This document shows, piece by piece, positions 40,101 through 50,174 of a DNA stretch of 64,000 nt (positions are counted from its first letter, which is position 1; the number at the start of each line of letters is the position of its first letter). The DNA is taken from the NCBI GenBank assembly GCA_963662795.1, contig OY759746.1:2496001-2560000 (forward strand). Reading direction: 5' to 3'. The DNA comes from Spirochaetia bacterium (GTDB lineage Bacteria > Spirochaetota > Spirochaetia > CADAEX01). The notes beneath the pieces are model-generated. The model saw nothing but the letters and a program-made list of their open reading frames with translations, made no database searches and had not been told where the DNA came from. The translations under genes and the position numbers were made by a program.

Positions 40101-40887
40101 AGAGGAAAAAACAGATGATGAAAAAGAGACTATTGAAATTGAAGGAATCAAGGGGATAAAGGGAGCAGACTTCGGCAATATCATGCATAAAATTCTTGAA
40201 ACTTCCGATTACGCAAAAACCCTTTCTTTAGGAAGTGAGGATGCTGCTGCCGGGGATCAGGAACTGATTGACCTTGCTGTTTCATCCGCGAGAAATTATG
40301 TCTCATCATCTCTTGCTGAAGTTTGCAGTAAGTCAGTTGTCCGGCTTTTGTACAGGACATTAAACTGCACTATTTATCCAAACGGTGTTCCTGTAAAGAT
40401 CGGCGAAATCAGTGAAGCCGACAGGAGGCATGAGGTTGAATTTTTAATAAAGGTAAAAGAAGGTCATATTGCTGACATACCTGATATGCCGGATATTTTG
40501 CTTGAGGACGGCTATCTTAAAGGATTTATTGATCTTATTTTCCGTTTTAATAATGCATATTATATTATTGACTGGAAAACAAACTATCTTGGCGCATCTC
40601 TTGCCGATTATGAAAAAGCAAGCCTTGAAAGTGCCATGAGGCAAAACAATTATATGCTACAGATGAATCTTTATATGGCTGCACTTGAGATGATAATTGA
40701 ATCGGAAAACTCAGCCTCCTCTCCTGCCGCAGGAGGATGTTATTATCTTTTTTTAAGGGGCCTTTCTGCAGCACCAGATGAAGATTCAGCAAAAAATATC
40801 CATCCCGGCATCTACTTTTCTCCTTTTGAAAGAGAAAAAACGCTCAGACTTAAAAGAATACTGACCGGGAAAGGAGTTTCGGCTTGA
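37135..40887 (+). CDS. recB: Exodeoxyribonuclease V beta subunit
   Basis: IEASAGTGKT, VTFTEKAA, VDEFQDTD, GDPKQSIYRFRGAD, TIHKSKGLE, YVAMTRA; nuclease GFIDLIF...IDWKT...Q..LY. Confidence 0.94.
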   Translation: MEELEISKVNLDRNMVIEASAGTGKTYSLEHLVIRYIAEKGYDISEILAVTFTEKAALELKSRIRALLRETINESSNLYSKRETERLRKAFTGFSDAQIFTIHAFCQSCIKNYPFESKAAFRTAIMDSKDLYRETVLDYFRTAEDDLDSCYQSFRKNNKEFEDAADFFISLLENPSVLEAEENTVIPGKEDVERLEENIFMFNNSSGPVYQAVRALYECSFDSGTVENISKTVKLGFRDSTFEKLSALLRLVASSQSLYEIFSDDFTADAGKLRKLTIEFIRGRGFDPESLDNKSFQLVKAVSDFFNAVDMFADRDESGSVINYLYHNIAGFTFIKKASEKISSIAERKKKSASLLDFNDLIRITRDSVSNPDSSLNAELMRKYKVVLVDEFQDTDLAQWEIFSRIFNQKSHVMILIGDPKQSIYRFRGADLEIYFRAVESLSPVSRCRLATCYRSPESVVSGINDIFSRVFSYTSGGGHRINYADVKSAPASQAETDKITGNEESAPVIETGIEILGLENNSDNSSKGKISVIIENIYADEIASLLLNGVSPSDICVLMEANSDCISMLDALKERNIPSVYEGDINLFDSAESAQFADFLYALSQPASIPVLKKALFSDFFRFSAEDILRIEKDNSIERVITIFSLWSAKTASGHLYEVFDTVFYSENPFAGIAELNQTDRVPYIARKLAEPGGERKVSNILQIAELLTVKNIQEKENAAAILRYLISVIEGSQQSDQKNIRLAHDRSCVNVMTIHKSKGLEFPVVFFAGGLSTSKPAPHRESWYEYIENGRRYADFTRKNENRLKQFREMWEEKKRLYYVAMTRASKKLYLPLIKNGAPGNLSSFYASLVYENLCSGLEEGGIAISLPLDIRPEHIPKKMKMEEAKTIVSEKIYTLIKNFSEQRKYIKFRSFDVESSEFEKTPPVCFLPVKQKNAGRLHLAKPDYDKKTAGRGIPLYSYSSLSRTGTAGSASESEQQHNRIKHLEMKEEKTDDEKETIEIEGIKGIKGADFGNIMHKILETSDYAKTLSLGSEDAAAGDQELIDLAVSSARNYVSSSLAEVCSKSVVRLLYRTLNCTIYPNGVPVKIGEISEADRRHEVEFLIKVKEGHIADIPDMPDILLEDGYLKGFIDLIFRFNNAYYIIDWKTNYLGASLADYEKASLESAMRQNNYMLQMNLYMAALEMIIESENSASSPAAGGCYYLFLRGLSAAPDEDSAKNIHPGIYFSPFEREKTLRLKRILTGKGVSA

Positions 40888-42701
40888 AAGCAGATCCCTT
40901 TTATAATAAATATCTCGACAGCGGAATAGATTCAAGATATCCGATTCTTGCGAGGTTTTTATGCGGCAAATACGGTTTACAGGATAACAGCTCCCTTTTT
41001 TATTTTTTAAGTGCAGTATTCTTATTACTTGAAAGAGGACATTTGAGATTAAATATTGATACTGTAAAGGAAGAGCTTGAAAAACTTAAATTTACAGCAT
41101 CGGATAAGGAAAGGGAGGCGCTTGAATTATTGATTAATTCAATTGATGATCCTCGCCGGATAATCAGGGAAAACATTTCTCTTTTTATTTCAGATAAAGA
41201 GTCAGACCGTGGAGTAAGATCTCCGTTTGTCCTGCTTGAAAATGGCAGCTTTCTTTCAACAGAGAAGCTGTACCGTGAAGAAAAAAGATTTATTACTGCT
41301 TTTAAAAAGCATCTGATGCCGGAAAAAGCATCTGAAATAAAAAGCGGTTCCAAAAAAGAAAAGGGAATTTATTCTGTAATAGCATCAATAGAGAACAGAA
41401 CTCAGATAATTTTTGAGGAAAAACAGAAACAGGCAATTTTAAAAACATTTGAATGGCCCCTCTCTGTTATTGCAGGGGGTCCGGGAACAGGCAAGACCAC
41501 TGTAATAACAGCTGTGATTGAAGCCCATCTTTCCATAGATCCTTCTATCTCCGGACTTATTGCTCTTGCCGCACCCACCGGAAGGGCCGCTCAGAGACTT
41601 GAGGTCGCTCTCGGCAGTAATCCGGCATACAGTGTAATGGAAAAACCAAAAACCATGCACAGACTTTTAGGGATAGGATATAAAAAGAAATCTGCTGTCC
41701 GCCAGGCAATCCTCCCGTACCATCTTATTGTTATTGATGAATCTTCCATGCTTGATCTTGGAATAATGAATATCCTTTTATCCTCGCTCAGGGAGAACTG
41801 CAGGCTTGTTCTTGTCGGAGATCCTCAGCAACTGCCGTCAGTCGGCGCAGGAACTGTTTTTTCAGATATTATGGAAAGTGTGGATGATGAAAGGCATATT
41901 CTTCATGAAAGGTATATCAGGCTTGATACGGTAAAAAGATCCAAAGGAGAGATACCGGTTTTCGCGGAAAATATAAGACAGGGTAAGTTAATCCTGCCTG
42001 AGGAAAAGAGCAGCTTAAAAGATGACGCCTTCGGGAATGCCGAAGGCAAAGAGGCAGGCAGCGCTGTTTTTTTGATGCGGCCGGAACTCGACACTGTCCT
42101 TAACCTGGCCGCTCTTAAATACAAAAAGTTAAGAGAATATGCAGAACAGGATGACATTGCCTTATTGCCTGATTTTCTATCGCAGTTTGTTCTCCTCTCA
42201 CCGCATAACTACGGGCAGTGGGGCACTGATAATCTTAACAAAAAAATATCGGAAAGACTTTCTGCAGGGGAGAGGGGATTTTATCCGGGAATGCCGGTGA
42301 TGATTTTGCGCAACGATTACCAGAATGATCTCTATAACGGTGACAGGGGTATTATAATATTTGAAAATTCAATATTTCATGCAATTTTCCGGGATAACCA
42401 CGGCCGGATCCGAAAGGTTCCCGCAGCCATGCTTAAAGATTGGGAAGTCTCCTATGCCCAGACAATACATAAAAGCCAGGGGAATGAATATGATACTGCA
42501 GCTGTAATTCTGGATAAATCAGCAGAAAAAATGCTTACAAATGAAATTCTCTATACAGCTGTTACAAGGGCGAAAAAAGAAGTTTTGATATTCGGGGAAA
42601 AAGAAATTATTGAAGCTGCATTAAAGAAAAAAGTAGTGCGATGCTCAGGAATAGACAGGTCGATGATCAAAAGCACCACCGGCCTGCCTGAAGGAAAATA
42701 A
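40884..42701 (+). CDS. recD: Exodeoxyribonuclease V alpha subunit
   Basis: GGPGTGKTT, APTGRAA, IDESSM, GDPQQLPSVGAG, TIHKSQGNEY, LYTAVTRA. Confidence 0.93.
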   Translation: MKADPFYNKYLDSGIDSRYPILARFLCGKYGLQDNSSLFYFLSAVFLLLERGHLRLNIDTVKEELEKLKFTASDKEREALELLINSIDDPRRIIRENISLFISDKESDRGVRSPFVLLENGSFLSTEKLYREEKRFITAFKKHLMPEKASEIKSGSKKEKGIYSVIASIENRTQIIFEEKQKQAILKTFEWPLSVIAGGPGTGKTTVITAVIEAHLSIDPSISGLIALAAPTGRAAQRLEVALGSNPAYSVMEKPKTMHRLLGIGYKKKSAVRQAILPYHLIVIDESSMLDLGIMNILLSSLRENCRLVLVGDPQQLPSVGAGTVFSDIMESVDDERHILHERYIRLDTVKRSKGEIPVFAENIRQGKLILPEEKSSLKDDAFGNAEGKEAGSAVFLMRPELDTVLNLAALKYKKLREYAEQDDIALLPDFLSQFVLLSPHNYGQWGTDNLNKKISERLSAGERGFYPGMPVMILRNDYQNDLYNGDRGIIIFENSIFHAIFRDNHGRIRKVPAAMLKDWEVSYAQTIHKSQGNEYDTAAVILDKSAEKMLTNEILYTAVTRAKKEVLIFGEKEIIEAALKKKVVRCSGIDRSMIKSTTGLPEGK

Positions 42702-42709
42702 CCGGAAAA

Positions 42710-43213
42710 TTATGATGTGCTTTCGTCGCCTCTTGCAATCAGTGTCTTTCCGGTTCTTACTACTTCAAGAATCCCGTAAGGTTCAAAAGTTTTTTTAACG
42801 GCATCAATTTTTTCAGATGATCCCGTAACCTCAAAAGCTACTGTTTTGTCGGCAATATCAACTGTAGCGCCCTTGAATGCAGTGATCAGCTGAAAAACAT
42901 CTGCCCTTTTTTCAGAATCACAGAATACTTTAAGCAGGGCAAGTTCCCTCTCAATTGTATTTTTACCGGTATTATCAGTTGCGTGCACAACGTCGACAAG
43001 CTTATTTAACTGTTTGATTATCTGATCAAGAGTTTTGTTGTCTCCTGTCGCTGCTATTGTCATCCTTGAGAATTCGGGGACATTGCCTTCAGATACAACA
43101 AGGCTGTCTATATTGAAACCTCTCCGCGCAAACACAAGAGCAATTCTGATAAGTACGCCGGGTTTGTTGTTTACAAGAAGGCTTATGGAATGTTTTCTAA
43201 TTTCTTCGGTCAT
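42710..43213 (-). CDS. ilvN: Acetolactate synthase small (regulatory) subunit
   Basis: NKPGVLIRIALVFARRGFNIDSL ACT motif; KQLNKLVDV; EVVRTG. Confidence 0.95.
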   Translation of the reverse strand: MTEEIRKHSISLLVNNKPGVLIRIALVFARRGFNIDSLVVSEGNVPEFSRMTIAATGDNKTLDQIIKQLNKLVDVVHATDNTGKNTIERELALLKVFCDSEKRADVFQLITAFKGATVDIADKTVAFEVTGSSEKIDAVKKTFEPYGILEVVRTGKTLIARGDESTS

Positions 43214-43215
43214 GA

Positions 43216-44934
43216 TCAGGTACCTCCAACCGGTTTATCAAGTTTTATTTTCGGAGCTTCAAGTATCATCGCGCTTAATGGGGCCCCGGCTGGAACCATG
43301 GGATAGACGTTATCTTCTTTTTCAACTTCGATATCTATCAGGCATGGTCCGTCATTATATTCAAGCGCTTCTTTAAGTATTTTTCTGACATCAGCGCTTC
43401 TCTTTATGCAGTACCCCTTAATCCCGTAGCTTTTGGCAAGCATTACAAAACTGGGGTTGCCCTGAAGGTCTACACCGGAGAGTCTGTTTTCATAAAAAAT
43501 ATTCTGCCATTGTCTTACCATTCCGAGAAATTTGTTGTTTATTACAATAATTTTTACCGGCAGCTTGTTTACAGCTGCAGTTGAGAGTTCGCTCATTGTC
43601 ATCTGAAACCCGCCGTCGCCTACTATTGCTACAACCTGTTTTTCCGGCATTCCTATCTGTGCGCCTATTGCCGCGGGAAAACCGTATCCCATAGTTCCGG
43701 CTCCTCCGGATGAAATCCATTGGTTGGGGAAAGAAGTTTTATAAAATTGCGCAGTCCACATCTGATGCTGACCTACATCTGTTGTGACAATTGCTTTCCC
43801 TTTAGTCAGTGTATAAAGTTCGTCAAGAACATGCTGAACCTTAAGCTTTCCCTGTTTTTTATATTTAAGCGGATACTGTTTTTTCAGCTTATTGACATAT
43901 TTTATCCACTCTTCAGTTTCACCCCTTGTGGCAATAGCGTTAATTGCCTCAACAATTTTTTTTGCATCGCCGACAATTCCCAGATCAACCTGGATAACCT
44001 TGTTTATTTCAGCGGGATCAATATCTATATGAATTTTTACGGCCCGTGTGCAGAATTCATCAACTTTTCCAATGATCCTGTCATCCCATCTTGAGCCTAT
44101 TGACATGATAAGGTCACATTCAACAATCGCCTTGTTTGCATATGCAGTCCCGTGCATACCCGGCATCCCAAGATTCAGTTCATTGGTTTCGGGAAAACAC
44201 CCTTTCCCGAGCAGGGTATTGACAACCGGTATTCTCATTTTTTCCGCAAGATAAGCAACTGCTTTCGATGCTTTTGAAATAATGGCTCCATGTCCGACAA
44301 GGAGAATAGGTTTTCTTGCCTCATTCAGATATTTTGCTGCCTGTTTTATTGATTCGGAATCAAGGGAATCAGGTATTTTATAACCCGGCAATGTAAAATC
44401 TGATAATATTTTTGAGGGATCAAGCAGTTTGCTTGTTACATCCTTTGGCAGGTCAATGAGGACAGGACCAGGCCTTCCTGTCTGAGCTATATAAAAAGCT
44501 TCCTTTACAATTCTGGGTATATCTTCCGCGTTTTTTACAAGATAGGAGTGTTTGACAACCGGTGAGGAAATACCTGAAACATCAGCTTCCTGAAATGAGT
44601 CAAGCCCGAGTGTAAAAGTAGGCATCTGCCCGCAAATGACTACTATAGGTATTGAATCCATCTGCGCTGTAAAAATACCGGTAATTGTATTTGTCGCTCC
44701 CGGTCCTGACGTTACCAGAACTACGCCTGGCCTGCCTGTTGCTCTGGCATATCCGTCTGCCATGTGTGTGGCTCCCTGTTCATGCCTTGTTAAAATCAAA
44801 TTAATCGGAGAATCAAGCAATGCATCAAAAATAGGAATGGCTGAACCACCGGGATATCCGAAGATATATTCAGTTCCTTCTTTTTGAATGGCATCTACAA
44901 GAATTTCTGCCCCTGTTTTCATAATATTACTCAT
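43216..44934 (-). CDS. ilvB: Acetolactate synthase large subunit
   Basis: [44 protein letters not shown] ThDP motif. Confidence 0.96.
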   Translation of the reverse strand: MSNIMKTGAEILVDAIQKEGTEYIFGYPGGSAIPIFDALLDSPINLILTRHEQGATHMADGYARATGRPGVVLVTSGPGATNTITGIFTAQMDSIPIVVICGQMPTFTLGLDSFQEADVSGISSPVVKHSYLVKNAEDIPRIVKEAFYIAQTGRPGPVLIDLPKDVTSKLLDPSKILSDFTLPGYKIPDSLDSESIKQAAKYLNEARKPILLVGHGAIISKASKAVAYLAEKMRIPVVNTLLGKGCFPETNELNLGMPGMHGTAYANKAIVECDLIMSIGSRWDDRIIGKVDEFCTRAVKIHIDIDPAEINKVIQVDLGIVGDAKKIVEAINAIATRGETEEWIKYVNKLKKQYPLKYKKQGKLKVQHVLDELYTLTKGKAIVTTDVGQHQMWTAQFYKTSFPNQWISSGGAGTMGYGFPAAIGAQIGMPEKQVVAIVGDGGFQMTMSELSTAAVNKLPVKIIVINNKFLGMVRQWQNIFYENRLSGVDLQGNPSFVMLAKSYGIKGYCIKRSADVRKILKEALEYNDGPCLIDIEVEKEDNVYPMVPAGAPLSAMILEAPKIKLDKPVGGT

Positions 44935-45220
44935 TACGACCTCTGGTGAATAGGAATAAATAAAGAATATTTAATATAATTAAGCTATATATTGAAAACT
45001 GTCAATAAAAAAACATAAATAACATGAAAAACCTGCTTTAAGAATATTAAAATACAAAAAAATGACCGTAAAAATTGTAAAAACGGTTTAGTAGAATAAA
45101 CAATGACATAAATATAGCACAAATATTTGATATATCATTGAAGCTGTGTACTGCCCAATGGTGTGCAGGTAATTATTTTCCCTGTTTACCAAGACTGCAT
45201 TGTTCTGTATTATTTCAGGG

Positions 45221-45940
45221 ATGAAAAAAGAAGTTATTGATGGGAAAATTAACCAAAACAGACCGGGATTTATCGGCAGCTTAAAACTATATATAAAAAA
45301 TCAGAAGGAAAGACCTCAGACCGTCCGGGAGGAGGTTTTTAATTCCGTTACACACGGCATCGGGACTCTTGCTGCAGTTGCAGGAACAATTATTCTTGTT
45401 GTTTTTTCAATAAGCCGGGGACGCCCTGCCATAATAACTTGCGGTGTCGCGATATATGGAAGTGCGATGATTCTCCTTTATCTTGCCTCAACCCTGTATC
45501 ATTGTCTTTCATTTACAAAGGCAAAGGAAGTTTTTAAGGTTTTTGATCACTGCGCTATCTTCATACTTATTGCAGGAACCTATACGCCGATAGCGTTCCA
45601 AATCGGCGGTACCTGGGGGTGGATTATTTTCGGGATAGTGTGGGGACTGACTGTGCTCGGCATTGTCCTTGAATCTGTATTCAAGTCAGGCGTTAAAAAA
45701 ATATCAATGTTTATATACCTTGCTATGGGCTGGCTTGTTGTTATCGCCTGGAACCCGCTGCTTGATCATATTAATTACGGTATGATTTTCTGGCTTATAG
45801 CCGGAGGACTTTCCTACACGGGCGGCGTAATTTTTTATATACTGCCCGGACAGTATTTTTTCCATGTTTTATGGCATTTTGCAGTACTTGCCGGTACTGT
45901 ATTCCATTTTTTCGGAATATTGTTTTATATAGTATTGTAG
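45221..45940 (+). CDS. Hemolysin III / PAQR-family membrane protein (ATG 45221 preferred over TTG 45200)
   Basis: EEVFNSVTHG, STLYH, DHCAIFILIAGTYTP, YLAMGW, HVLWHFAVLAG...H. Confidence 0.92.
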   Translation: MKKEVIDGKINQNRPGFIGSLKLYIKNQKERPQTVREEVFNSVTHGIGTLAAVAGTIILVVFSISRGRPAIITCGVAIYGSAMILLYLASTLYHCLSFTKAKEVFKVFDHCAIFILIAGTYTPIAFQIGGTWGWIIFGIVWGLTVLGIVLESVFKSGVKKISMFIYLAMGWLVVIAWNPLLDHINYGMIFWLIAGGLSYTGGVIFYILPGQYFFHVLWHFAVLAGTVFHFFGILFYIVL

Positions 45941-46021
45941 AAAATGCATTCAGCTGCTCTAATCCTGAATAAAAATTCATAAAATATACAGATTATATTG
46001 CCGGCACAGAAAATAATGCTT

Positions 46022-46699
46022 CTATTTCGGGTTATTATTCACTAAGTCAGCCATCATTTCCTCTTTTTTGTTCACATGATAAAAAAGATTTTCTATTTCA
46101 ACAGCGAGATTTATGTTGTTGATCACATAACAGCTTTTGCTGTCCAGCGGGATCTGGGAGTCCTTGGTGCACTTGAGCTCAACCGGTGAAAAATTAAGAT
46201 AGCCGAGAATACCGGCTTTTATCATTTTTTCAAAAACTTCGGTTGCAGCTGACTCCGGAACAGCAATAACCCCGACTTTAATCTGTCTGTCGTGAACAAA
46301 ATTATCAAGCTCAGACATCGGAAGGATAAGGATATCCCCCTTGTATGAGACCTTGTCCGGCAGAATGTCAAATCCGGCGGCAACTGTTATGCCGTCCCTT
46401 GCAAGACCGTTGTACTGCATTATTGCTGTCCCTATCTTGCCGCATCCGACAACAATAATTTCAAGGGGATTGTTTTTTCCGAGGATTGTATCGATCTCAG
46501 CAATAAGCTCGTCAATTACATATCCCCCTCTCTTGTTGCCTTTAATTTTAAGGCAGGAGAAATCCTTTCTGACAAGTGCGGAGGTAACCCCGAGCGCATC
46601 ACCAAGGTTGTTTGAAAAAACTTTTTCAAGACCAAGCGCCTTTAATTTCTGGAGAAGCCTTTTATATTTGGATAATCTAAGGATAATTTCTTTGTTCAT
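46022..46699 (-). CDS. rex: Redox-sensing transcriptional repressor Rex
   Basis: RLSKYKR, SALVRKDFS, GNKRGGY, VVGCGKIG Rossmann motif, LNFSP. Confidence 0.9.
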   Translation of the reverse strand: MNKEIILRLSKYKRLLQKLKALGLEKVFSNNLGDALGVTSALVRKDFSCLKIKGNKRGGYVIDELIAEIDTILGKNNPLEIIVVGCGKIGTAIMQYNGLARDGITVAAGFDILPDKVSYKGDILILPMSELDNFVHDRQIKVGVIAVPESAATEVFEKMIKAGILGYLNFSPVELKCTKDSQIPLDSKSCYVINNINLAVEIENLFYHVNKKEEMMADLVNNNPK

Positions 46700-46708
46700 A
46701 GCTTAAAG

Positions 46709-46726
46709 ATGTTATTATATTCACAT
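46709..46726. promoter_or_regulatory. Rex operator overlapping the rex promoter
   Basis: ATGTTATTATATTCACAT resembles TTGTGAA-N4-TTCACAA and overlaps the minus-strand TTGACA(46732-46737)-17 bp-TAACAT(46709-46714). Confidence 0.7.
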
Positions 46727-46812
46727 TAAATTGTCAATAATGTTTTTATCATGCTTAAAAAACATCATGCAGACAAAATTATCACAAAAACCGCAGTTTG
46801 AGGTATTTAATA

Positions 46813-46841
46813 TTGAATAATACTCAATAATAACATATAAT
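46813..46841 (+). promoter_or_regulatory. Sigma70 promoter of the hydrogenase operon
   Basis: TTGAAT-17 bp-TATAAT; SD GGAGGT before ATG 46889. Confidence 0.7.
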
Positions 46842-46888
46842 GCTGTCGGAAAATACTGTTCAAGAACAGATAAAATAATGGAGGTTTC

Positions 46889-47377
46889 ATGTCTGTACAA
46901 ACTGCTGTAGAGATAAAATTCTCAAAAGAGCTTCTTGCTTTTATTGAGGATTGGAAAGAGAAGCCGGGCAACCTGATAATGGTTCTTCACAAGGTTCAGG
47001 AAGAATTCGGTTACGTACCGAGACAGGCTGCAATAAAGGTTTCTGATCTTCTTGAGGTACCCCTTGCCAAGGTATACGGGGTAATGACATTTTACCATTT
47101 TTTTAAATCTACCAAACCGGGAAAGTATAATATTCAGGTCTGTCTGGGCACTGCCTGTTATTTAAAAGGTGGAGAGGATCTTCTTCAGGAGCTGGAAACA
47201 GTACTTGGAATAGGGATTAATCAAGTAACTGAAGATGGAATGTTCTCCTATGAATCAGTCCGGTGTGTCGGCTGCTGCGGTCTTGCCCCGGTTATGGTTG
47301 CTGGGGGAGAGGTTTTCGGCAAGCTGACAAAGGATTCCATCCCTGAAATTATTGCTAATTTAAAAAACCAGGGGTGA
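46889..47377 (+). CDS. hndA: NuoE-like [2Fe-2S] hydrogenase subunit (HndA/HydC type)
   Basis: VYGVMTFY, VCLGTACY, RCVGCCGLAP. Confidence 0.88.
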   Translation: MSVQTAVEIKFSKELLAFIEDWKEKPGNLIMVLHKVQEEFGYVPRQAAIKVSDLLEVPLAKVYGVMTFYHFFKSTKPGKYNIQVCLGTACYLKGGEDLLQELETVLGIGINQVTEDGMFSYESVRCVGCCGLAPVMVAGGEVFGKLTKDSIPEIIANLKNQG

Positions 47378-47381
47378 GACT

Positions 47382-47960
47382 GTGCATGCTGCCATCTGTG
47401 ATTTTATTGCAGATTGTCTTCAAAACTCGATCGAAGCTGAAAGCAGCCGAATTAGTCTTTTATATGAGAAATCCGGCAGCCTGATTAAAACAGTAATTGA
47501 AGACAACGGGAAAGGGATGACAAAAGAGCAGCTTGAGAAAGCGAGAGACCCTTTCTACACAGACGGCACAAAACATGCAAAGAGAAAAATCGGCCTCGGA
47601 ATACCTTTTTTACTGCAGGCAGTTAATATTTCCGGAGGGGCCTTCTCTCTTGAATCAGAAAAAGGGAAGGGGACAAGGCTTGAATTCAGTTTTGATTCTG
47701 CAAATATTGATACACCTCCCGAGGGAGACATAACATCAACCGTACTGCAGGCCATGATGTTTGACGGGGATTATGAACTTGAGTTCAAAAGGACGCTTAA
47801 ACGCGGCGGAGAGGCTGATAACGGAGATTGTTATAATATAAAAAGATCCGAATTGCTAGAAATCCTGGGAGATCTTTCAACTGCCGATACAATAAACCTT
47901 GCAAGGCAGTACTTGCAGTCCCAGGAAGAAAATTTGAATAAGGAGACAGGTAATGGCTAA
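47382..47960 (+). CDS. Stand-alone HATPase_c (GHKL) ATP-binding protein
   Basis: DCLQNSIEA, EDNGKGM, DPFYT, GLGIP, GKGT; no HisKA domain. Confidence 0.82.
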   Translation: MHAAICDFIADCLQNSIEAESSRISLLYEKSGSLIKTVIEDNGKGMTKEQLEKARDPFYTDGTKHAKRKIGLGIPFLLQAVNISGGAFSLESEKGKGTRLEFSFDSANIDTPPEGDITSTVLQAMMFDGDYELEFKRTLKRGGEADNGDCYNIKRSELLEILGDLSTADTINLARQYLQSQEENLNKETGNG

Positions 47961-48345
47961 AATGACGCTTGAAGACCTGAGAAAGCTGAGGGAAGACAAA
48001 AAGAAGACCCTTGACAGGCGCGATGTTTCGGAAAATGACATTGCAATAATTATTGGAATGGGGACCTGCGGAATCGCGGCAGGCGCAAAAAAATCATTGG
48101 ATGCTTTTCTTGATGAAATCGATAAAAAAGGGCTTAAGCAGATCACTGTCAAGCAGACAGGGTGCATGGGCCTTTGTTATGTAGAACCGACCGTTGAAAT
48201 TAAAGTACCTGGCATGCCTGATACAATTTACGGGAAGGTTGATGAAGCAGTCGCAAGAATAATTGTCGATGAACATATCATGCAGAGAAAACTTGTCAGT
48301 AATCATATTTTTGACAAGCCTTCTGTGGATATTGTTAAAGGTTAA
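47953..48345 (+). CDS. hndB: Thioredoxin-like [2Fe-2S] ferredoxin subunit (HndB type)
   Basis: GMGTCGIAAGA and TGCMGLCYVEP. Confidence 0.82.
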   Translation: MAKMTLEDLRKLREDKKKTLDRRDVSENDIAIIIGMGTCGIAAGAKKSLDAFLDEIDKKGLKQITVKQTGCMGLCYVEPTVEIKVPGMPDTIYGKVDEAVARIIVDEHIMQRKLVSNHIFDKPSVDIVKG

Positions 48346-48354
48346 CGGAGGAAG

Positions 48355-50151
48355 TTGATGGCACTTAAAAACTATATACTGGTTTGCGGCGGTACAGCCT
48401 GTGAATCATCTAAAGCAGATAGCATATACCAGGCCCTGGTTAAAGAAATCGAGGTCAACGGATTAAAAAAAGATGTCCAGATTGTGAAGACAGGCTGTTT
48501 CGGATTCTGCGAAAAAGGGCCGATTGTCAAGGTCCTTCCGGAAGAAGCTTTCTATGTGGAAGTAAAACCTGAAGACGCGAAAGAAATTGTGGCAGAAAAC
48601 ATTATAAAGGGACGTCTTGTTAAACGCCTGCTATATAAAGGCGAAGAGGTAAAGGGAAAAGACGCATTTGAAGCTGACGATATAAAATTCTATCAGAAAC
48701 AGTACAGGATAGTACTTAGAAACTGCGGTTTTATTGACCCGGAAAATATCGAAGAATATGTGGCAAGAGACGGATACTGCGCTCTTGAAAAATGTCTTTT
48801 TGATATTACTCCCGATCAGGTTATTGAAGAATTGAAAACTTCAGGACTCAGGGGCAGGGGCGGAGCTGGTTTCCCAACCTGGATGAAGTGGAATTTCAGC
48901 AAAATGGTAAGCGCGGACCAGAAATATATTGTCTGCAACGCGGATGAGGGCGACCCCGGCGCTTATATGGACAGAAGTACTCTGGAAGGAGATCCCCATT
49001 CAGTACTGGAAGCAATGGCTATTGCCGGATATGCGATCGGCTCAAACAAAGGAATCATCTACATTCGGGCTGAATATCCGCTTGCCATTAAACGGCTTGA
49101 AATCGCGATGAAACAGGCAAGGGAATATGGTCTTCTCGGTAAAAATATACTTGGCAGCAAATTTGATTTTGATATCGAAATCAGACTGGGCGCGGGCGCA
49201 TTTGTCTGCGGTGAGGAAACAGCGCTCTTAAGATCTATTGAAGGGAAAAGAGGTATGCCGACTCCCAAGCCGCCGTTTCCTGCAGTTGAAGGACTCTGGG
49301 GCAAACCGACTGTTATAAACAATGTTGAGACACTTGCCAATATCCCTGTAATTATACTTAAAGGCGGCGAATGGTTCTCTTCAATAGGAACACAGAAATC
49401 ACCGGGAACAAAAGTTTTCGCACTTACCGGGAGGATAAACAATTCCGGGCTTGTTGAGGTCCCGATGGGAACAACACTCAGGGAGATTATTTATGATATC
49501 GGCGGCGGAATCAAGGATAACAGGGCTTTTAAAGCTGTTCAGACAGGAGGCCCTTCGGGCGGAGTTATTACCGAAGAAAACCTTGATACACCTATTGATT
49601 TTGATACCTTGACAGCAATTGGCACAATGATGGGCTCCGGTGGCATGATTGTCATGAGCGAGGATGATTGTATCATCGATGTCGCTAAGTTCTACATGGA
49701 GTTCTGTGTAGATGAATCATGCGGAAAATGTTCGCCTTGCCGCATCGGGACAAAGAAACTTTTCCAGTATCTGGACAAGATATCAAAGGGAAATGCTACA
49801 CGCGATGATATGAAAAAAATGGAAGAGATAGGTATTGCAATGAAGAAAGCCGCGCTTTGCGGGCTCGGCCAGACTGCAGCCAATCCTGTCCTTTCCACAA
49901 TGAAATATTTCCGGAATGAATATCTTGAGCATATTGATGGCCAGAAATGTATAGCCGGTAAGTGTAAGGACCTTGTAAGGTTTGAAATAAGCCCTGAAAA
50001 ATGTATCGGCTGTACCATCTGCGCAAGAAAATGTCCTGTCAACTGCATCAGCGGCGAAAGAAAACAGCCGCATGTTATTGATCAGAGCAAGTGTATCAAG
50101 TGCGGTGAATGTTACAGTAACTGTAAATTCGGCGCAATAACGAAATATTAA
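48355..50151 (+). CDS. hndC: NuoF-like FMN/NAD(P)H-binding hydrogenase subunit (HndC/HydB type)
   Basis: SGLRGRGGAGFP, CNADEGDPGAYMDR, GAGAFVCGEETAL, ESCGKCSPCR, two C-terminal 4Fe-4S motifs. Confidence 0.92.
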   Translation: MMALKNYILVCGGTACESSKADSIYQALVKEIEVNGLKKDVQIVKTGCFGFCEKGPIVKVLPEEAFYVEVKPEDAKEIVAENIIKGRLVKRLLYKGEEVKGKDAFEADDIKFYQKQYRIVLRNCGFIDPENIEEYVARDGYCALEKCLFDITPDQVIEELKTSGLRGRGGAGFPTWMKWNFSKMVSADQKYIVCNADEGDPGAYMDRSTLEGDPHSVLEAMAIAGYAIGSNKGIIYIRAEYPLAIKRLEIAMKQAREYGLLGKNILGSKFDFDIEIRLGAGAFVCGEETALLRSIEGKRGMPTPKPPFPAVEGLWGKPTVINNVETLANIPVIILKGGEWFSSIGTQKSPGTKVFALTGRINNSGLVEVPMGTTLREIIYDIGGGIKDNRAFKAVQTGGPSGGVITEENLDTPIDFDTLTAIGTMMGSGGMIVMSEDDCIIDVAKFYMEFCVDESCGKCSPCRIGTKKLFQYLDKISKGNATRDDMKKMEEIGIAMKKAALCGLGQTAANPVLSTMKYFRNEYLEHIDGQKCIAGKCKDLVRFEISPEKCIGCTICARKCPVNCISGERKQPHVIDQSKCIKCGECYSNCKFGAITKY

Positions 50152-50174
50152 ATTAAAGGCAAGGAGATAAAGCA

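Noticed and set aside
44935-45200. ilvB attenuator leader
   Set aside because: No Leu/Val/Ile-rich leader ORF or terminator hairpin found.
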